From an uncultured Chloroflexota bacterium (GTDB taxonomy: Bacteria; Chloroflexota; Dehalococcoidia; Lucifugimonadales; UBA826), in contig CAJWWP010000002.1 of NCBI GenBank assembly GCA_913048525.1, positions 12,426 through 76,425 of the forward strand: a DNA stretch of 64,000 nt, in the 5' to 3' direction. Positions 1 to 14,149 of the stretch are shown here, in pieces. How positions within the stretch are numbered: the stretch's first letter is position 1; every line of letters starts with the position of its first letter. Made by a program: the position numbers and the translations under genes. A model generated the notes under the pieces. The model did no database searches, was not told the DNA's origin, and worked only from the letters and a program-made list of their open reading frames with translations.

Positions 1-846
1 CACTGTATGCCTAATCATAATCCAATGATGCTGGCCCACCGGGTGGCTCAGCTTGACCATATGGCTCAGGGAAGATTTATTTGGGGTGTTGGGTCTAGTT
101 CCACTCGAGGTGATTACGAAATGTTTGGGTTTGATCCCGATTCCGATGACAGAAGAGCTTATACGAGTGAAACTCTGAAGGCTATTTTGAGGGTTTGGGA
201 TAATCCGGAACCTGGGTTTTATCAGTCAGATCACTGGAGCTTTCGAATCCCGGAACCGGAAGATAATATTGGTCTACGGTTTCATCTTAAACCATATACG
301 AAACCTCATCCGCCTATTGCACTCGGCGGCGGCTCTCCATATTCAGGGACTCTTGTTATCGCTGGGCAGAACGGTTGGATTCCTATTAGTCTTAATCTTT
401 TGCATAACCGGGTTATAAAAACCCATTGGGATGCAGTTACTGATGGTGCTAAGAAGGCGAATCTGGTGCCGGACAGGAAGGAGTGGCGTATTGCTCGTGA
501 AGTCTACATAGCGGATACGACAGAGGAGGCGCGGAAACATGTGATGGAGGGGGTATTGAAAAGGGATTACGAAAAATACTGGTTTAATTTGCTTTCGACA
601 AAAGAAAACATGAAATCTGATATCAACTTGCCGGATTCAGATGTAGATGTTGAGTATCTGATGGACAATTTATGGATTGTCGGTAGCCCCGATGATGCAC
701 TTGAGCAAATCAAAAAACTTTATGATGACGTCGGAGGGTTTGGCGTTCTTCTGGCCATGGGACATGAGTGGGAACCCAAAGAACACTGGATAAATTCTAT
801 GGCTTTGCTGGCAGATGAGGTGATGCCAAAGTTAGCACATATATAA
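1..846 (+). CDS. LLM (luciferase-like) flavin-dependent monooxygenase, 5'-truncated by the window edge
   Basis: LLM motifs HNPMMLAHRVAQLDHMAQGRFIWGVG and WIVGSPDD; frame is open back to base 1. Confidence 0.88.
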   Translation, partial: HCMPNHNPMMLAHRVAQLDHMAQGRFIWGVGSSSTRGDYEMFGFDPDSDDRRAYTSETLKAILRVWDNPEPGFYQSDHWSFRIPEPEDNIGLRFHLKPYTKPHPPIALGGGSPYSGTLVIAGQNGWIPISLNLLHNRVIKTHWDAVTDGAKKANLVPDRKEWRIAREVYIADTTEEARKHVMEGVLKRDYEKYWFNLLSTKENMKSDINLPDSDVDVEYLMDNLWIVGSPDDALEQIKKLYDDVGGFGVLLAMGHEWEPKEHWINSMALLADEVMPKLAHI

Positions 847-855
847 GGCAGGATT

Positions 856-2433
856 TTATCCCCCTTCTGCTATGAAGTCTGCAGTTCTTTCACCTATTAA
901 CATAGCTGCTATGTTTGTATTTGCTCTTGGGCATTCCGGTACTATGGAGACGTCTGATACCCGGAGGTTTTTGATGCCGTGCACTCTTCCGAACTGATCA
1001 ACAACGGAGGATCCATCTGACCCTGGTCCCATCTTGCATGTGCCTGATATGTGATGCATTGTAAGAACATTTTGCAACATCCAAGTATCAAGCTTGGAGT
1101 CATCATTTAACGTCTCGTCGTCGGGCTCTACACGCTTTTCAACTAGATCTTTGAAAGCCTGGGATGATCCAATACGGTCTGAAAGTCTAACTCCATCTCT
1201 AAGGCGTTTCATGTCGAATTCAGAACTCAGCATGTTGTAATCCAAATATGGCTGAATATTGATGTCTGGAGACTGGAGATTTAATTCTCCTGTACTTTCC
1301 GCGAGATATATTCCTACAGACATTACGAGAGGGCCATATTCCACAGATTGTCTTGATTCATCTAGACTATTCTCCCGTCCTATCTCCCGGCCTATGTCAT
1401 GGTTATATCGCATTACCATAATCATGTCATTGATATATGGGGAATTATCGGCAGTGTACCTAAGTGCTACCTTCTGTGGTCCTATAGATTCTTCAGGTAG
1501 TTCGAAGTTGGGATTTGGTTTCCACCTAGTATGGACTGTTGGATGGTCACGTAGGTTTTTCCCCACTCCTGGAACATTTCTAATGACGCTAATATTCTGC
1601 TGTTCAAGTTGGTTAGCCGGCCCTATACCTGAAAGCATTAGTAACTGTGGGGAGGCGATTGCTCCGGCGCTTAGAATTACTTCGTTGGCTTCTAATGTGT
1701 ACGTTTCATTTTCACTAAATACCTCTACACCTACAGCCTTTTCACCATCAAAAATCACTCGGTTTGTTACGCAGTTCGCTCGTATTGTTAGGTTGAGTCG
1801 ATGCCTCGACTCACTCAAGTATCCCAGTGCAGTGCTGAATCTTATGCCATTGGGATTGTTTAAGGGATAAGGTCCGACTCCCGTGGAGTCAGGTAGATTA
1901 TGGTCATAATTGTCTGGAAATCCCATTTCCCTGCATGCTTTATAGAAAGCCAATTGATCATCGGTGAGACTATCAAGTTTATGCCTGTGAACTAAAATGG
2001 GACCTTCCTTACCATGGAAATCGCCACTGTAGTCAAGATCAGTCTCGATTTTAATCAAATAAGGTAAGGATTTTTCGTATGTCCACTCGGAATTGCCGAA
2101 CTTGGCCCAGCGATCAAAGTCATCGGGTACCGGCCTGAGAAATACTTGCCCGTTTATAGCGCTCGTCCCTCCAGTAACTTTTCCTCTTGGGACCTCCATA
2201 TTTTCGGCCATAGATGAGGCTCTACCGTGGAGTTGCCAGTCGTGTTCTCCGCCCACAGCGAGATCTGCTCCTGTGGCCCATCCTGTTTTTAAATCGTTGG
2301 GGAGAGTTTCGAAGTCTGGATAGTCAGGACCTGCTTCCAGCAAAAGTACCGATTTATTGGGATCCTCAGACAATCTTGAGGCGACCACAGAACCTGCAGA
2401 ACCAGCACCCACAACGATGAAGTCATATCGCAT
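856..2433 (-). CDS. GMC family oxidoreductase (choline dehydrogenase-like)
   Basis: YDFIVVGAGSAG FAD motif, RGKVTGGTSAING, HHISGTCKMG, NTN; ATG at 2433 preferred over TTG at 2451. Confidence 0.9.
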   Translation of the reverse strand: MRYDFIVVGAGSAGSVVASRLSEDPNKSVLLLEAGPDYPDFETLPNDLKTGWATGADLAVGGEHDWQLHGRASSMAENMEVPRGKVTGGTSAINGQVFLRPVPDDFDRWAKFGNSEWTYEKSLPYLIKIETDLDYSGDFHGKEGPILVHRHKLDSLTDDQLAFYKACREMGFPDNYDHNLPDSTGVGPYPLNNPNGIRFSTALGYLSESRHRLNLTIRANCVTNRVIFDGEKAVGVEVFSENETYTLEANEVILSAGAIASPQLLMLSGIGPANQLEQQNISVIRNVPGVGKNLRDHPTVHTRWKPNPNFELPEESIGPQKVALRYTADNSPYINDMIMVMRYNHDIGREIGRENSLDESRQSVEYGPLVMSVGIYLAESTGELNLQSPDINIQPYLDYNMLSSEFDMKRLRDGVRLSDRIGSSQAFKDLVEKRVEPDDETLNDDSKLDTWMLQNVLTMHHISGTCKMGPGSDGSSVVDQFGRVHGIKNLRVSDVSIVPECPRANTNIAAMLIGERTADFIAEGG

Positions 2434-2457
2434 AATATTGCCCCCTATCAACTTATG

Positions 2458-2871
2458 TTATTTATTGAAAATCGCGGCACCTATAACTAGTGATAATGCT
2501 GGAATGTAGAAAATACCTAACGTTGTGAAGCTTAGTGCTACAAAGAAGGCCATGACGATAGCTGCACCCCAGGAATAAGACCTCCATCGCCATAGTACCT
2601 TTTTTGTTTCCTTTCTTTCTGGAGCACCCATAATTGTTGACACAACCGATAAGCCTGTTACAACCCAAGGGAAAATGAGTGTCAGCATGGCCCCTGTTCC
2701 ATTCATCTCAATCAGGGTTAATTTTGTTTCAGATAGCTGATTTAAGCCTCCTGACTGAGCGACTATTTCAGTTCCTGCAAATAGAGGTATAAACATGAGT
2801 ATCACAGCTGATATTACCGTTGATATATGGCTGAGTCCGGCCAGGATCGTTGCCGGCTTAATTCCAGACAT
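2458..2871 (-). CDS. hypothetical membrane protein (3-4 hydrophobic segments)
   Basis: 137-aa ORF whose start abuts the Sir2 stop; hydrophobic stretches. Confidence 0.7.
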   Translation of the reverse strand: MSGIKPATILAGLSHISTVISAVILMFIPLFAGTEIVAQSGGLNQLSETKLTLIEMNGTGAMLTLIFPWVVTGLSVVSTIMGAPERKETKKVLWRWRSYSWGAAIVMAFFVALSFTTLGIFYIPALSLVIGAAIFNK

Positions 2872-3713
2872 TATCTCGATTCGGCCTTTATGAGGTTCAC
2901 TGTTTCTACTAGGGCAGGAAGGGTTATTGCTGTGGGTCCTCGAAGTGTTATGTTGGCGATACTCGTCAGAGGTGTTTCATTTGGATTTGCCTCTATTAAA
3001 ATGCCCCCAGCTGCCTGGATATCCTGTGGGAAACTTGCTGCTGGATATACGGTGGCGGATGTTCCTATAACGATTATGCAAGTTGCTTTTGAGCTTTGTA
3101 GGAAACATGAATCTAGGGTTCCGCTGGGTATTGGTTCTCCAAACATCACTGTATCTGACTTGACTGGAGACCCACAATCAGGACACATTGGCGGGAAATT
3201 GTTTGATGGACCGGTCACACCCGGCATAATCTCTCCAGTGGGAAACTTACTTTTATGCCATCGTGCTTCACATCCGATGCATCTAAGCATTGTCCGATTC
3301 CCATGAATTTCAGTCACTGATTTAGAGCCTGCCTTGAAATGCAGATCGTCAACATTTTGGGTAATCTGATGTTGTAAAGTACCTATTTCCTCTAGGTCAA
3401 CCAGAGCATAATGACCTTTGTTTGGTGTGGCTCTATCTATAGCTTCTCTAAATTTTGTTCTTTCTGGGTCAATCTGTTGATCTAGATTTTGTAGCCACCA
3501 GGATTCCGGGTTTCTTAGGAAATCTTCATACCCATTTCCAGAAGGTTCTCCTAATTTTGTCCACAGCCCTCCTGGGCCACGGAAAGTTGGGATTCCACTC
3601 TCGACTGAGATTCCCGCCCCTACAAGAGCTATCGTGTAAGACGAGTCAAACAAGGATTGTGCTGCAGATCGGACTGCGGATTCATCAATATTAAAGTTAT
3701 CGGTGGTCATCAA
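2871..3713 (-). CDS. cobB: Sir2/CobB family NAD-dependent deacylase
   Basis: GAGISVESGIPTFRG, TQNVDDLH, HG, CxxC..CxxC zinc site, GTSATVYPAA. Confidence 0.9.
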   Translation of the reverse strand: MMTTDNFNIDESAVRSAAQSLFDSSYTIALVGAGISVESGIPTFRGPGGLWTKLGEPSGNGYEDFLRNPESWWLQNLDQQIDPERTKFREAIDRATPNKGHYALVDLEEIGTLQHQITQNVDDLHFKAGSKSVTEIHGNRTMLRCIGCEARWHKSKFPTGEIMPGVTGPSNNFPPMCPDCGSPVKSDTVMFGEPIPSGTLDSCFLQSSKATCIIVIGTSATVYPAASFPQDIQAAGGILIEANPNETPLTSIANITLRGPTAITLPALVETVNLIKAESR

Positions 3714-3783
3714 ATTGGACTTAAATGTATGTTTATTTTCGCTGTGTTAGATTCTACTACCACTCGAAAACTTTTTCGGACAC

Positions 3784-4938
3784 TTAGGCTGAAGTAATCG
3801 TTCCATTGTCAACGAGAAGGTTGTTAGCTACCGAAACGAACTCGTTTGGAATAGAGTCGAGTTCTGCACTCGTCACAATGCATTGTTGGTACTGGGTGAT
3901 ATGCTCCATAATCTGGCGTCGTCTGGTGGCATCGAGTTCTGATAACAGGTCATCCAATAGTAGTAGTGGTTCGCTGCCCCGACGCTCTTTAAGGTAAGTT
4001 GATTCTGCCAGCTTTAAGGCTAATACAGCCGTTCTTGCCTGCCCCCTTGACGCATATCGGCTTGCATCATTTTGATTTATCAATATAGACATATCATCAC
4101 GCTGGGGGCCAACTGATGTTGAACCCTGTGCTATATCCTTGGCTCTGCATTTTTCTAGTGCTACCAGTATTGAACTGGAGGTTGGAGTTTCTTCCTCCCC
4201 AGGTATTGTAGGGCGATACAATAACTGCAGCGATTCTTTAGCGGTGTCCAACTGCATATGGAAAGGCTTCAACAGTTCAGACAGCCTATCAACTACTTTC
4301 ATCCTAGTTTTTATGATTTCACAACCATGTTGTGCCAATTGGTCATCCCAAAACTGTAGTTCGTCTTGTGTAGATACACCTTCTCTGATAGATCTTAGTA
4401 GGTGATTCCTATGTCGGTTCGCCTCTTGATAACGTTTTAATGCCTCAAGGTAGTGTTTGTCTATCTGGGATATGAGAATGTCGAGATACCGACGCCTTAC
4501 GGTCGGGTTCCCGAATACAATATCTAGATCATCTGCTGTAAAAAGTACAGCGTTTAGCGTTCCTATCAGGTCGGATGACCGTTTTGGGCTACCGTTAATC
4601 CGTATATATTTTTGTGTTGCAAAGCCGTCTTTATTTTCTGAAAACAGACACCTATAGTGGATTTCTATTTTGTTTGATAACTCACCGTTATGGGTGTTTG
4701 CACTCACTTTGGCGTAAGTTAGCTCTTGTTCAGATGTGGGGGCAGAATTATGGTTAATTAGTTCCCGCTCTATCGACGCTCTCGCAGATCTGGCCATAGC
4801 GAGCATATATAAAGCCTCTAAGAGATTGCTTTTTCCATGTCCGTTTTTCCCTGTTAGCAGGGTTAAGCCTTCTGGTAGATTCAACTCCAGCTGAGTGTAG
4901 TTTCGAAAATTTGAAATAGAGATGTTGGAGATGTGTAT
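3784..4938 (-). CDS. recF: DNA replication/repair protein RecF, probable ATA start
   Basis: Walker A GKNGHGKS, SRGQ, LLLDDLLSELD; the NFRNY N-terminal motif lies upstream of the ORF-track TTG, reading from ATA at 4938 with GGAG 8 nt upstream. Confidence 0.92.
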   Translation of the reverse strand: MHISNISISNFRNYTQLELNLPEGLTLLTGKNGHGKSNLLEALYMLAMARSARASIERELINHNSAPTSEQELTYAKVSANTHNGELSNKIEIHYRCLFSENKDGFATQKYIRINGSPKRSSDLIGTLNAVLFTADDLDIVFGNPTVRRRYLDILISQIDKHYLEALKRYQEANRHRNHLLRSIREGVSTQDELQFWDDQLAQHGCEIIKTRMKVVDRLSELLKPFHMQLDTAKESLQLLYRPTIPGEEETPTSSSILVALEKCRAKDIAQGSTSVGPQRDDMSILINQNDASRYASRGQARTAVLALKLAESTYLKERRGSEPLLLLDDLLSELDATRRRQIMEHITQYQQCIVTSAELDSIPNEFVSVANNLLVDNGTITSA

Positions 4939-5134
4939 TGTTTATTCTCCAAGTGGATATTTGGCCCGATTAACATATGAAATATCATAAGCGAACCATT
5001 TCGATTCTAGCACGAGGGCAAAACCGACCCTAATTAATTTAAAACATACGATTTGGAACTGTTGAGTTTTACTGTGAGATACTTTTGGGAATATTAGCCG
5101 AGCGCCCGAATTGCAGTGGAGAGGGAGTTAATTA

Positions 5135-6070
5135 TTGGAGAACTTAAAAGTACTTGCTCTTGCAGGAGGGGTTGGAGGAGCGAAATTAGCATTAGGTTTA
5201 AGTGATATTCTCGATGACGGTAACCTTGCGATCGTTGTTAATACCGGAGATGATGAAGAATTTTATGGTTTGCACGTCTCTCCTGATTTGGACACAGTCA
5301 TGTATACACTTGGGGGTATCGCTAATCCTGACACAGGCTGGGGGATAAGTGGAGAAACTTTTAGATCTTTAAATAGACTGAATCAATACGGGGCTGATAC
5401 TTGGTTCAATTTAGGCGATTTAGATATGGCGACTCACATAAGGAGGACAGACTTACTAAGTCAGGGCAATACACTCTCTGAAGTTACCAATAGTATGTGT
5501 TCTTCATTAGGGATAACTCATCCTATATTTCCGATGACCGATGACATACTCAAGACGATTGTCGTTACTGAAGTAAGTGATATGTCATTTCAGGAGTATT
5601 TTGTAAAAAACAGATGTGAACCTCGAGTAATATCACTCAAATTCGATTCACCTTCAGAATGTAGTCCTTCTCCCGGTTTTGTGACAGCTTTAGATCAGAG
5701 TGATTTGTTAGTGTTTTGTCCCTCGAATCCTTTTTTAAGCGTTGATCCTATTCTTGCTGTACCTGGCGTTCGGAAGAAAATTGAAAATTTTCGTGGCTCA
5801 CGAATATCGGTAAGTCCTATCGTGGGGGGAGAAGCTATAAAGGGACCAGCAGGGAAGATATTGAGAGAGCTTGGACATGAGGTTTCCTGTGTTGGTGTGG
5901 CAAAACGTTATGTTGGTTTGTGCGATGTTTTCATCATAGATAGTGTTGACGTTGATCTAGCGTCGTCGATTGAAAAACTTGGTATGAGAGTTGTCGTCAC
6001 TAACACCATCATGAACAATGATCAACAAAAGAGGACTCTCGCCCAAGAAATATTGAGCTTGGATTATTAA
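5135..6070 (+). CDS. cofD: 2-phospho-L-lactate transferase (F420 biosynthesis)
   Basis: LAGGVGGAK, VNTGDD, SPDLDTVMYTL, WFNLGDLD, PSNPFLS; TTG start with GAGGGAG SD. Confidence 0.93.
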   Translation: MENLKVLALAGGVGGAKLALGLSDILDDGNLAIVVNTGDDEEFYGLHVSPDLDTVMYTLGGIANPDTGWGISGETFRSLNRLNQYGADTWFNLGDLDMATHIRRTDLLSQGNTLSEVTNSMCSSLGITHPIFPMTDDILKTIVVTEVSDMSFQEYFVKNRCEPRVISLKFDSPSECSPSPGFVTALDQSDLLVFCPSNPFLSVDPILAVPGVRKKIENFRGSRISVSPIVGGEAIKGPAGKILRELGHEVSCVGVAKRYVGLCDVFIIDSVDVDLASSIEKLGMRVVVTNTIMNNDQQKRTLAQEILSLDY

Positions 6071-6724
6071 TTGATGCCTCCGGTTACCATTCTGATTCCC
6101 GTAAAGGAACCCCATCATTCGAAGACACGATTGTCTGGACTGCTTAGCTGTTCACAACGGTCAGAACTTACAGTGAACATGTTAATACGTGTTATCCAAG
6201 CGGCGGTTTGTTCAGCAGTTGACGATATTGTACTTGCAGGTAGTCAGTTTAATTCTCTAAAACAGTTGATAGAGGGACGGGAATTCGGACCTGTGAGATG
6301 GGTGGATGTATTGGGTCAGGATCTAAATGGTGATGTGGAGATGGCGTCGGATATCATAAAAAATTCTGGAAGGGCGTATATCTATATTCCTGGTGATGTT
6401 CCATTTATTACCAGCAATGATATTGAAGATGTCATTAAATCGTCAGAAGATGGTGAAATCTTCGTGTTTGTTCCATCCGAATCTGATGGTGGAACTAATG
6501 CTATGTTGATTCCTCCGTCATCTGATTTCATACCACTGTTGGGAGTGGACAGTTTTAGAAGACATTGTGAGTATGCTGAGGGTAATACGTTGGATTACAA
6601 AATTGTAAGACCATTTGGATTCACTCTAGATTTGGATACTGAGAAGGACCTGGTCCGTTGCGAGGAAATAGAACCTGGATTTACAGACAGGTTAGGAGCG
6701 GTTCCTAAGGATAGATTGGAGTAA
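6071..6724 (+). CDS. cofC: 2-phospho-L-lactate/PEP guanylyltransferase (F420 biosynthesis)
   Basis: IPVK..SKTRLS, GDVP, DGGTNA, SFRRH, DLDT..DL; directly follows cofD. Confidence 0.88.
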   Translation: MMPPVTILIPVKEPHHSKTRLSGLLSCSQRSELTVNMLIRVIQAAVCSAVDDIVLAGSQFNSLKQLIEGREFGPVRWVDVLGQDLNGDVEMASDIIKNSGRAYIYIPGDVPFITSNDIEDVIKSSEDGEIFVFVPSESDGGTNAMLIPPSSDFIPLLGVDSFRRHCEYAEGNTLDYKIVRPFGFTLDLDTEKDLVRCEEIEPGFTDRLGAVPKDRLE

Positions 6725-6730
6725 TGGCAA

Positions 6731-7690
6731 ATGACAAATAAACTAAATGTTGGGATCTTAATGCCCACCAGAGGGTTGCTGATGCAGGGAGACCAGCCTG
6801 ACGATATTGAGCAATTAATCTCAATGGCTGTAACTTCTGAGGAAGCCGGTATAGACTCAGTATGGGTGGGTGATAGCCTCACAGCCAAGCCAAGACTTGA
6901 GCCTCTCACTACCCTTTCAGCAATTGCATCTCGAACCTCTTTAGTGCGTCTAGGAACTGCTGTCATGCTAGGTCCATTGAGGCATCCTGTTTCACTTGCT
7001 CACGCTGCTACTACTGTCGACTTGATTTCCAAGGGGCGTATCATTCTTGGAATGGGAGTTGGGGGGGCTTTTAATGAGGCCCAAAGGGCTGAATGGAAGA
7101 ATGCTGGAATAGACCCAAAGTATAGGGGTGGTCGACTTGAAGAGTTGTTAAAAATATTCAAACCTCTGACGCGAGGTGAAAAAGTTACGTTTCATGGGCG
7201 TCATTTTGACGTGGATAACGTGTCTATTAAGCCTGTTTCCCCGCAATTGAACGGCGTACCGGTGTTGGTGGCGGCCCATGGGCGCTCTAAGTTGGAACGG
7301 CAATTCCAGAGGGTCATGTTGGGTGATGGGTCCATATCAATATCAGATTATCCTGAAGAATACTCTCTAGCCCTGACTAGAATAAGAGATCATGCTGATA
7401 AGCTAGGAATTGACAACGCTGGCCTCGAAAAAGCTTTTTATATGACTATTAACATGCACAAGGACAGAGTATTTGCAGCGGAGGAGGCGGATAAATTTCT
7501 CAAACTTTACTATGGAATTAATATTTGGCAGGATCGATGGGGACCATGGGGACCCGCTGAAGAGGTCGTAAGTAGGATCGGTAGTTATGAGAAAGCTGGT
7601 GCCCAAACCGTTATAGTCAGATTCGCATCTTTTGATCAGGAGAAACAATTAGACATTTTCCTGAGTGATGTTTTGCCTTATTTATATTGA
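6731..7690 (+). CDS. LLM class oxidoreductase, probably F420-dependent
   Basis: DSVWVGDS, RLGTAV, RHPVSLAHAATTVDLISKGR; in an operon with cofDC. Confidence 0.85.
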   Translation: MTNKLNVGILMPTRGLLMQGDQPDDIEQLISMAVTSEEAGIDSVWVGDSLTAKPRLEPLTTLSAIASRTSLVRLGTAVMLGPLRHPVSLAHAATTVDLISKGRIILGMGVGGAFNEAQRAEWKNAGIDPKYRGGRLEELLKIFKPLTRGEKVTFHGRHFDVDNVSIKPVSPQLNGVPVLVAAHGRSKLERQFQRVMLGDGSISISDYPEEYSLALTRIRDHADKLGIDNAGLEKAFYMTINMHKDRVFAAEEADKFLKLYYGINIWQDRWGPWGPAEEVVSRIGSYEKAGAQTVIVRFASFDQEKQLDIFLSDVLPYLY

Positions 7691-7697
7691 CTAGATA

Positions 7698-9752
<2,055 letters not shown>

Positions 9753-9965
9753 CTATCCTGATTGATCATGTTATACACCTAATGGGCAGCTCTCAATAGT
9801 TAATTGTGCACTTCATGTGAGTTGGATTCTGTTTAGCTGCTAGACTGCTGGTAAACTGAAATATATACTCGAATATGTGCTAAGTGCTTTTTCTGTCATG
9901 CTAGAAACAGAAGGCTTTGCCTAAATATGATTTGGAACGATATTGTTGAAAGTGACATTAGATAA

Positions 9966-10895
9966 GTGCCATACGCTGCAAAAATCCAAGACTTTATAGA
10001 TAAATATCCAGCTTTAACAGCTATTGGGAACACGCCTTTAGTGGAGCTTGATATTCCCCAAGAGATAGCTGATATAGGAGAAGCTTCTATTTATGCAAAA
10101 TTTGAGCATCTGAATCCAGGTGGCTCAATTAAAGATAGACCCGTTCTTCGTATGCTTGCTGAGGCAATAATAGACGGAACATTGACCCCAGATAAAATAA
10201 TACTGGATGCGACTTCTGGTAACGCAGGGATAGCGTATGCGATGATTGGGGCTATACTCGGATATCCCGTTGAACTTGTTATGCCAGAGAACGCTAGCGA
10301 AGAACGGAAAAAACGTTTAGTAGCTCACGGTGCTAATTTGGTTTTCACAGATGCTCAGAAAGGCTACGATGAAGCTTTATATGAGGTGAAACGGAGGTTC
10401 CAAAAGAACCCTGATAGATACTTTTATTGTGACCAGTACAGCAATTTAAATAATCCGTTGGCACATTATGAAACCACTGCAGTAGAGCTGCTGGATCAAG
10501 CGCCATTTATTACACATTTCGTTGCTGGGGTAGGTACTGGAGGAACAATTAGTGGGATAGGTAGACGCCTCAAGGAAACAAATCCTGACATACAGGTCAT
10601 TTGCATAGATTTTGAGGAATGGCCAGGAGTCGAGGGGCTTAAACCTTTAGGCGAGGGTCATATCATTCCTGAAACATTTGATAGGTCAGTAGTTGATCAA
10701 ATGTTACACATAGATACGCTTAGAGCCTATGAGGTGTCTAGCTTAATGGCAGAAAAAGGTATATTCGCTGGACAATCCTCTGGGGCTTACTTATTAGGAG
10801 CAATTGAAGTTGCGAGTTCATTAAAATCTGGGAATATAGTTACGATATTCAATGACATTGGCGAGCGTTATTTTTCGACTTCTATGTGGGATTGA
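9966..10895 (+). CDS. PLP-dependent cysteine synthase (CysM/CysK family)
   Basis: IGNTPLV, NPGGSIKDR, ATSGNAG, GVGTGGT, GQSSGA. Confidence 0.9.
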   Translation: MPYAAKIQDFIDKYPALTAIGNTPLVELDIPQEIADIGEASIYAKFEHLNPGGSIKDRPVLRMLAEAIIDGTLTPDKIILDATSGNAGIAYAMIGAILGYPVELVMPENASEERKKRLVAHGANLVFTDAQKGYDEALYEVKRRFQKNPDRYFYCDQYSNLNNPLAHYETTAVELLDQAPFITHFVAGVGTGGTISGIGRRLKETNPDIQVICIDFEEWPGVEGLKPLGEGHIIPETFDRSVVDQMLHIDTLRAYEVSSLMAEKGIFAGQSSGAYLLGAIEVASSLKSGNIVTIFNDIGERYFSTSMWD

Positions 10896-10943
10896 AGTAT
10901 ACCGTTTGAATATAAAGAATAGTGAGACAAGGGGTGAAACGCC

Positions 10944-11618
10944 GTGCAACTTTTAACAGAAGATCAAATAAGATCCCTTAGGAATATTGATACACCCACT
11001 GTAGCCAACGCCGTGGAAACTCATCCTACAAGATCTAATACAGAAGGATTTATGGGTTGGAATATACGGTGCCAGTTCCCAGACCTTGGGGTAATGGTTG
11101 GACAGGCTGTAACCGCCACTTTTAATACAACTACCACTGGTAAACCGCGCAGCAGGAGTCTGTGGTATGAGTGCTTACGGGCCATAAATGACATGCCCGT
11201 TCCAGTGGTTATTGTTGCCAAGGATGTTGGGCCCAGACCTTTCCATGGATGTCATTTTGGGGATGGTATGGCCAATGTAGCAAAAAGAGTCGGGGCAGTA
11301 GGTCTAGTTACAGATGGTGGCGTGAGAGATGTAGAAACGGTTCATGACATGGGATTTCACATGTTTTCAGTGGGCTTAGTTCCTGCACACGGAAATTTTG
11401 GACTTGATGAAACTATGGTTCCGGTAGAAGTAGGCGGTGTTCTGGTCAATCATGGAGATGTGGTACATGCCGATATGAATGGGGTGGTGGTTTTCCCGGT
11501 AGATCTGACAGATTATGTGATAGATGAGTCAGCAAAAGTCACCAAGCGTGAATCTGATCAATTCGATTGGGTCAAGAGTGAAGATTTTTCGCTTGAGGAG
11601 ATGATTCAGAGAGGTTAA
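10944..11618 (+). CDS. RraA/HMG-aldolase family protein
   Basis: DTPTVANA, FGDGM, VTDGGVRD, GDVVHADMNGVV. Confidence 0.82.
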   Translation: MQLLTEDQIRSLRNIDTPTVANAVETHPTRSNTEGFMGWNIRCQFPDLGVMVGQAVTATFNTTTTGKPRSRSLWYECLRAINDMPVPVVIVAKDVGPRPFHGCHFGDGMANVAKRVGAVGLVTDGGVRDVETVHDMGFHMFSVGLVPAHGNFGLDETMVPVEVGGVLVNHGDVVHADMNGVVVFPVDLTDYVIDESAKVTKRESDQFDWVKSEDFSLEEMIQRG

Positions 11619-11647
11619 TTCCTTGCGATCAATCCCAATCATCTCCC

Positions 11648-13654
<2,007 letters not shown>

Positions 13655-13862
13655 CTATTTATGATAATTGCGGCCACAATTTTCCATTTGCTGTAAAATG
13701 AGGCCCCATTTTTGGTGCTATTTTATTTACCTATACCTTTAATATTTAGGTTGGTAAATCGGCTCTGATAACTTGATCCCATTTATAGGAGTCGTTGAGG
13801 GCCTCAGCCCCCCTTTATCCTGATTCGAAGGGGTACAAAACACAAGCATTTTCAGTGTCAAA

Positions 13863-13891
13863 ATTATAGCAAATTAAAGGTACTCTCACAA
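13863..13891 (-). promoter_or_regulatory. sigma70-type promoter for gyrB
   Basis: Minus strand TTGTGA-N17-TATAAT with an extended -10 TG. Confidence 0.6.
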
Positions 13892-13968
13892 GAACGAATC
13901 ACGCCTGCGAAAAGGTTGAGTTTTGATGACATTTCATCTGAAAGTTTTTTGATTAATTTTTGCCAGAA

Positions 13969-13998
13969 TTACCATCAGATGTCAGACACTGATAGAAT
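13969..13998 (+). promoter_or_regulatory. sigma70-type promoter for the pan operon
   Basis: TTACCA-N18-TAGAAT with an extended -10 TG; spacer holds the imperfect palindrome ATCAGATGTC-A-GACACTGAT. Confidence 0.45.
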
Positions 13999-14100
13999 GT
14001 TCGCCCGCAGCCAATCCAAGTATGTGGATGGTGAGCCTAATTTGAGGATTGATTTTTGCAGCCGGCTTGCTCGGTTGTTAAAGATTATTTGGGTTACAAG

Positions 14101-14139
14101 AGCTCCCTATTCCACTGAAGGATTTAGGGAGTTTTTTAT
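14101..14139 (+). terminator. intrinsic terminator within the pan operon leader (candidate attenuator)
   Basis: CTCCCTA-T-TCC-actgaa-GGA-TT-TAGGGAG followed by TTTTTTATT, ending about 10 nt before the ATG at 14150. Confidence 0.6.
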
Positions 14140-14149
14140 TTGGTCAAAT

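Noticed and set aside
4991-5007. LexA (GAAC-N4-GTTC) box upstream of recF
   Set aside because: Only the left half-site matches (CGAACCATTTCG).
13916-14149. 78-codon N-terminal extension of the S58 hydrolase in the ORF track
   Set aside because: Family similarity starts at MCSENIT (14150) and the extension covers a promoter and terminator. The extensions at 15081, 47317, 51361 and 57858 were trimmed because family similarity likewise begins at a downstream ATG.
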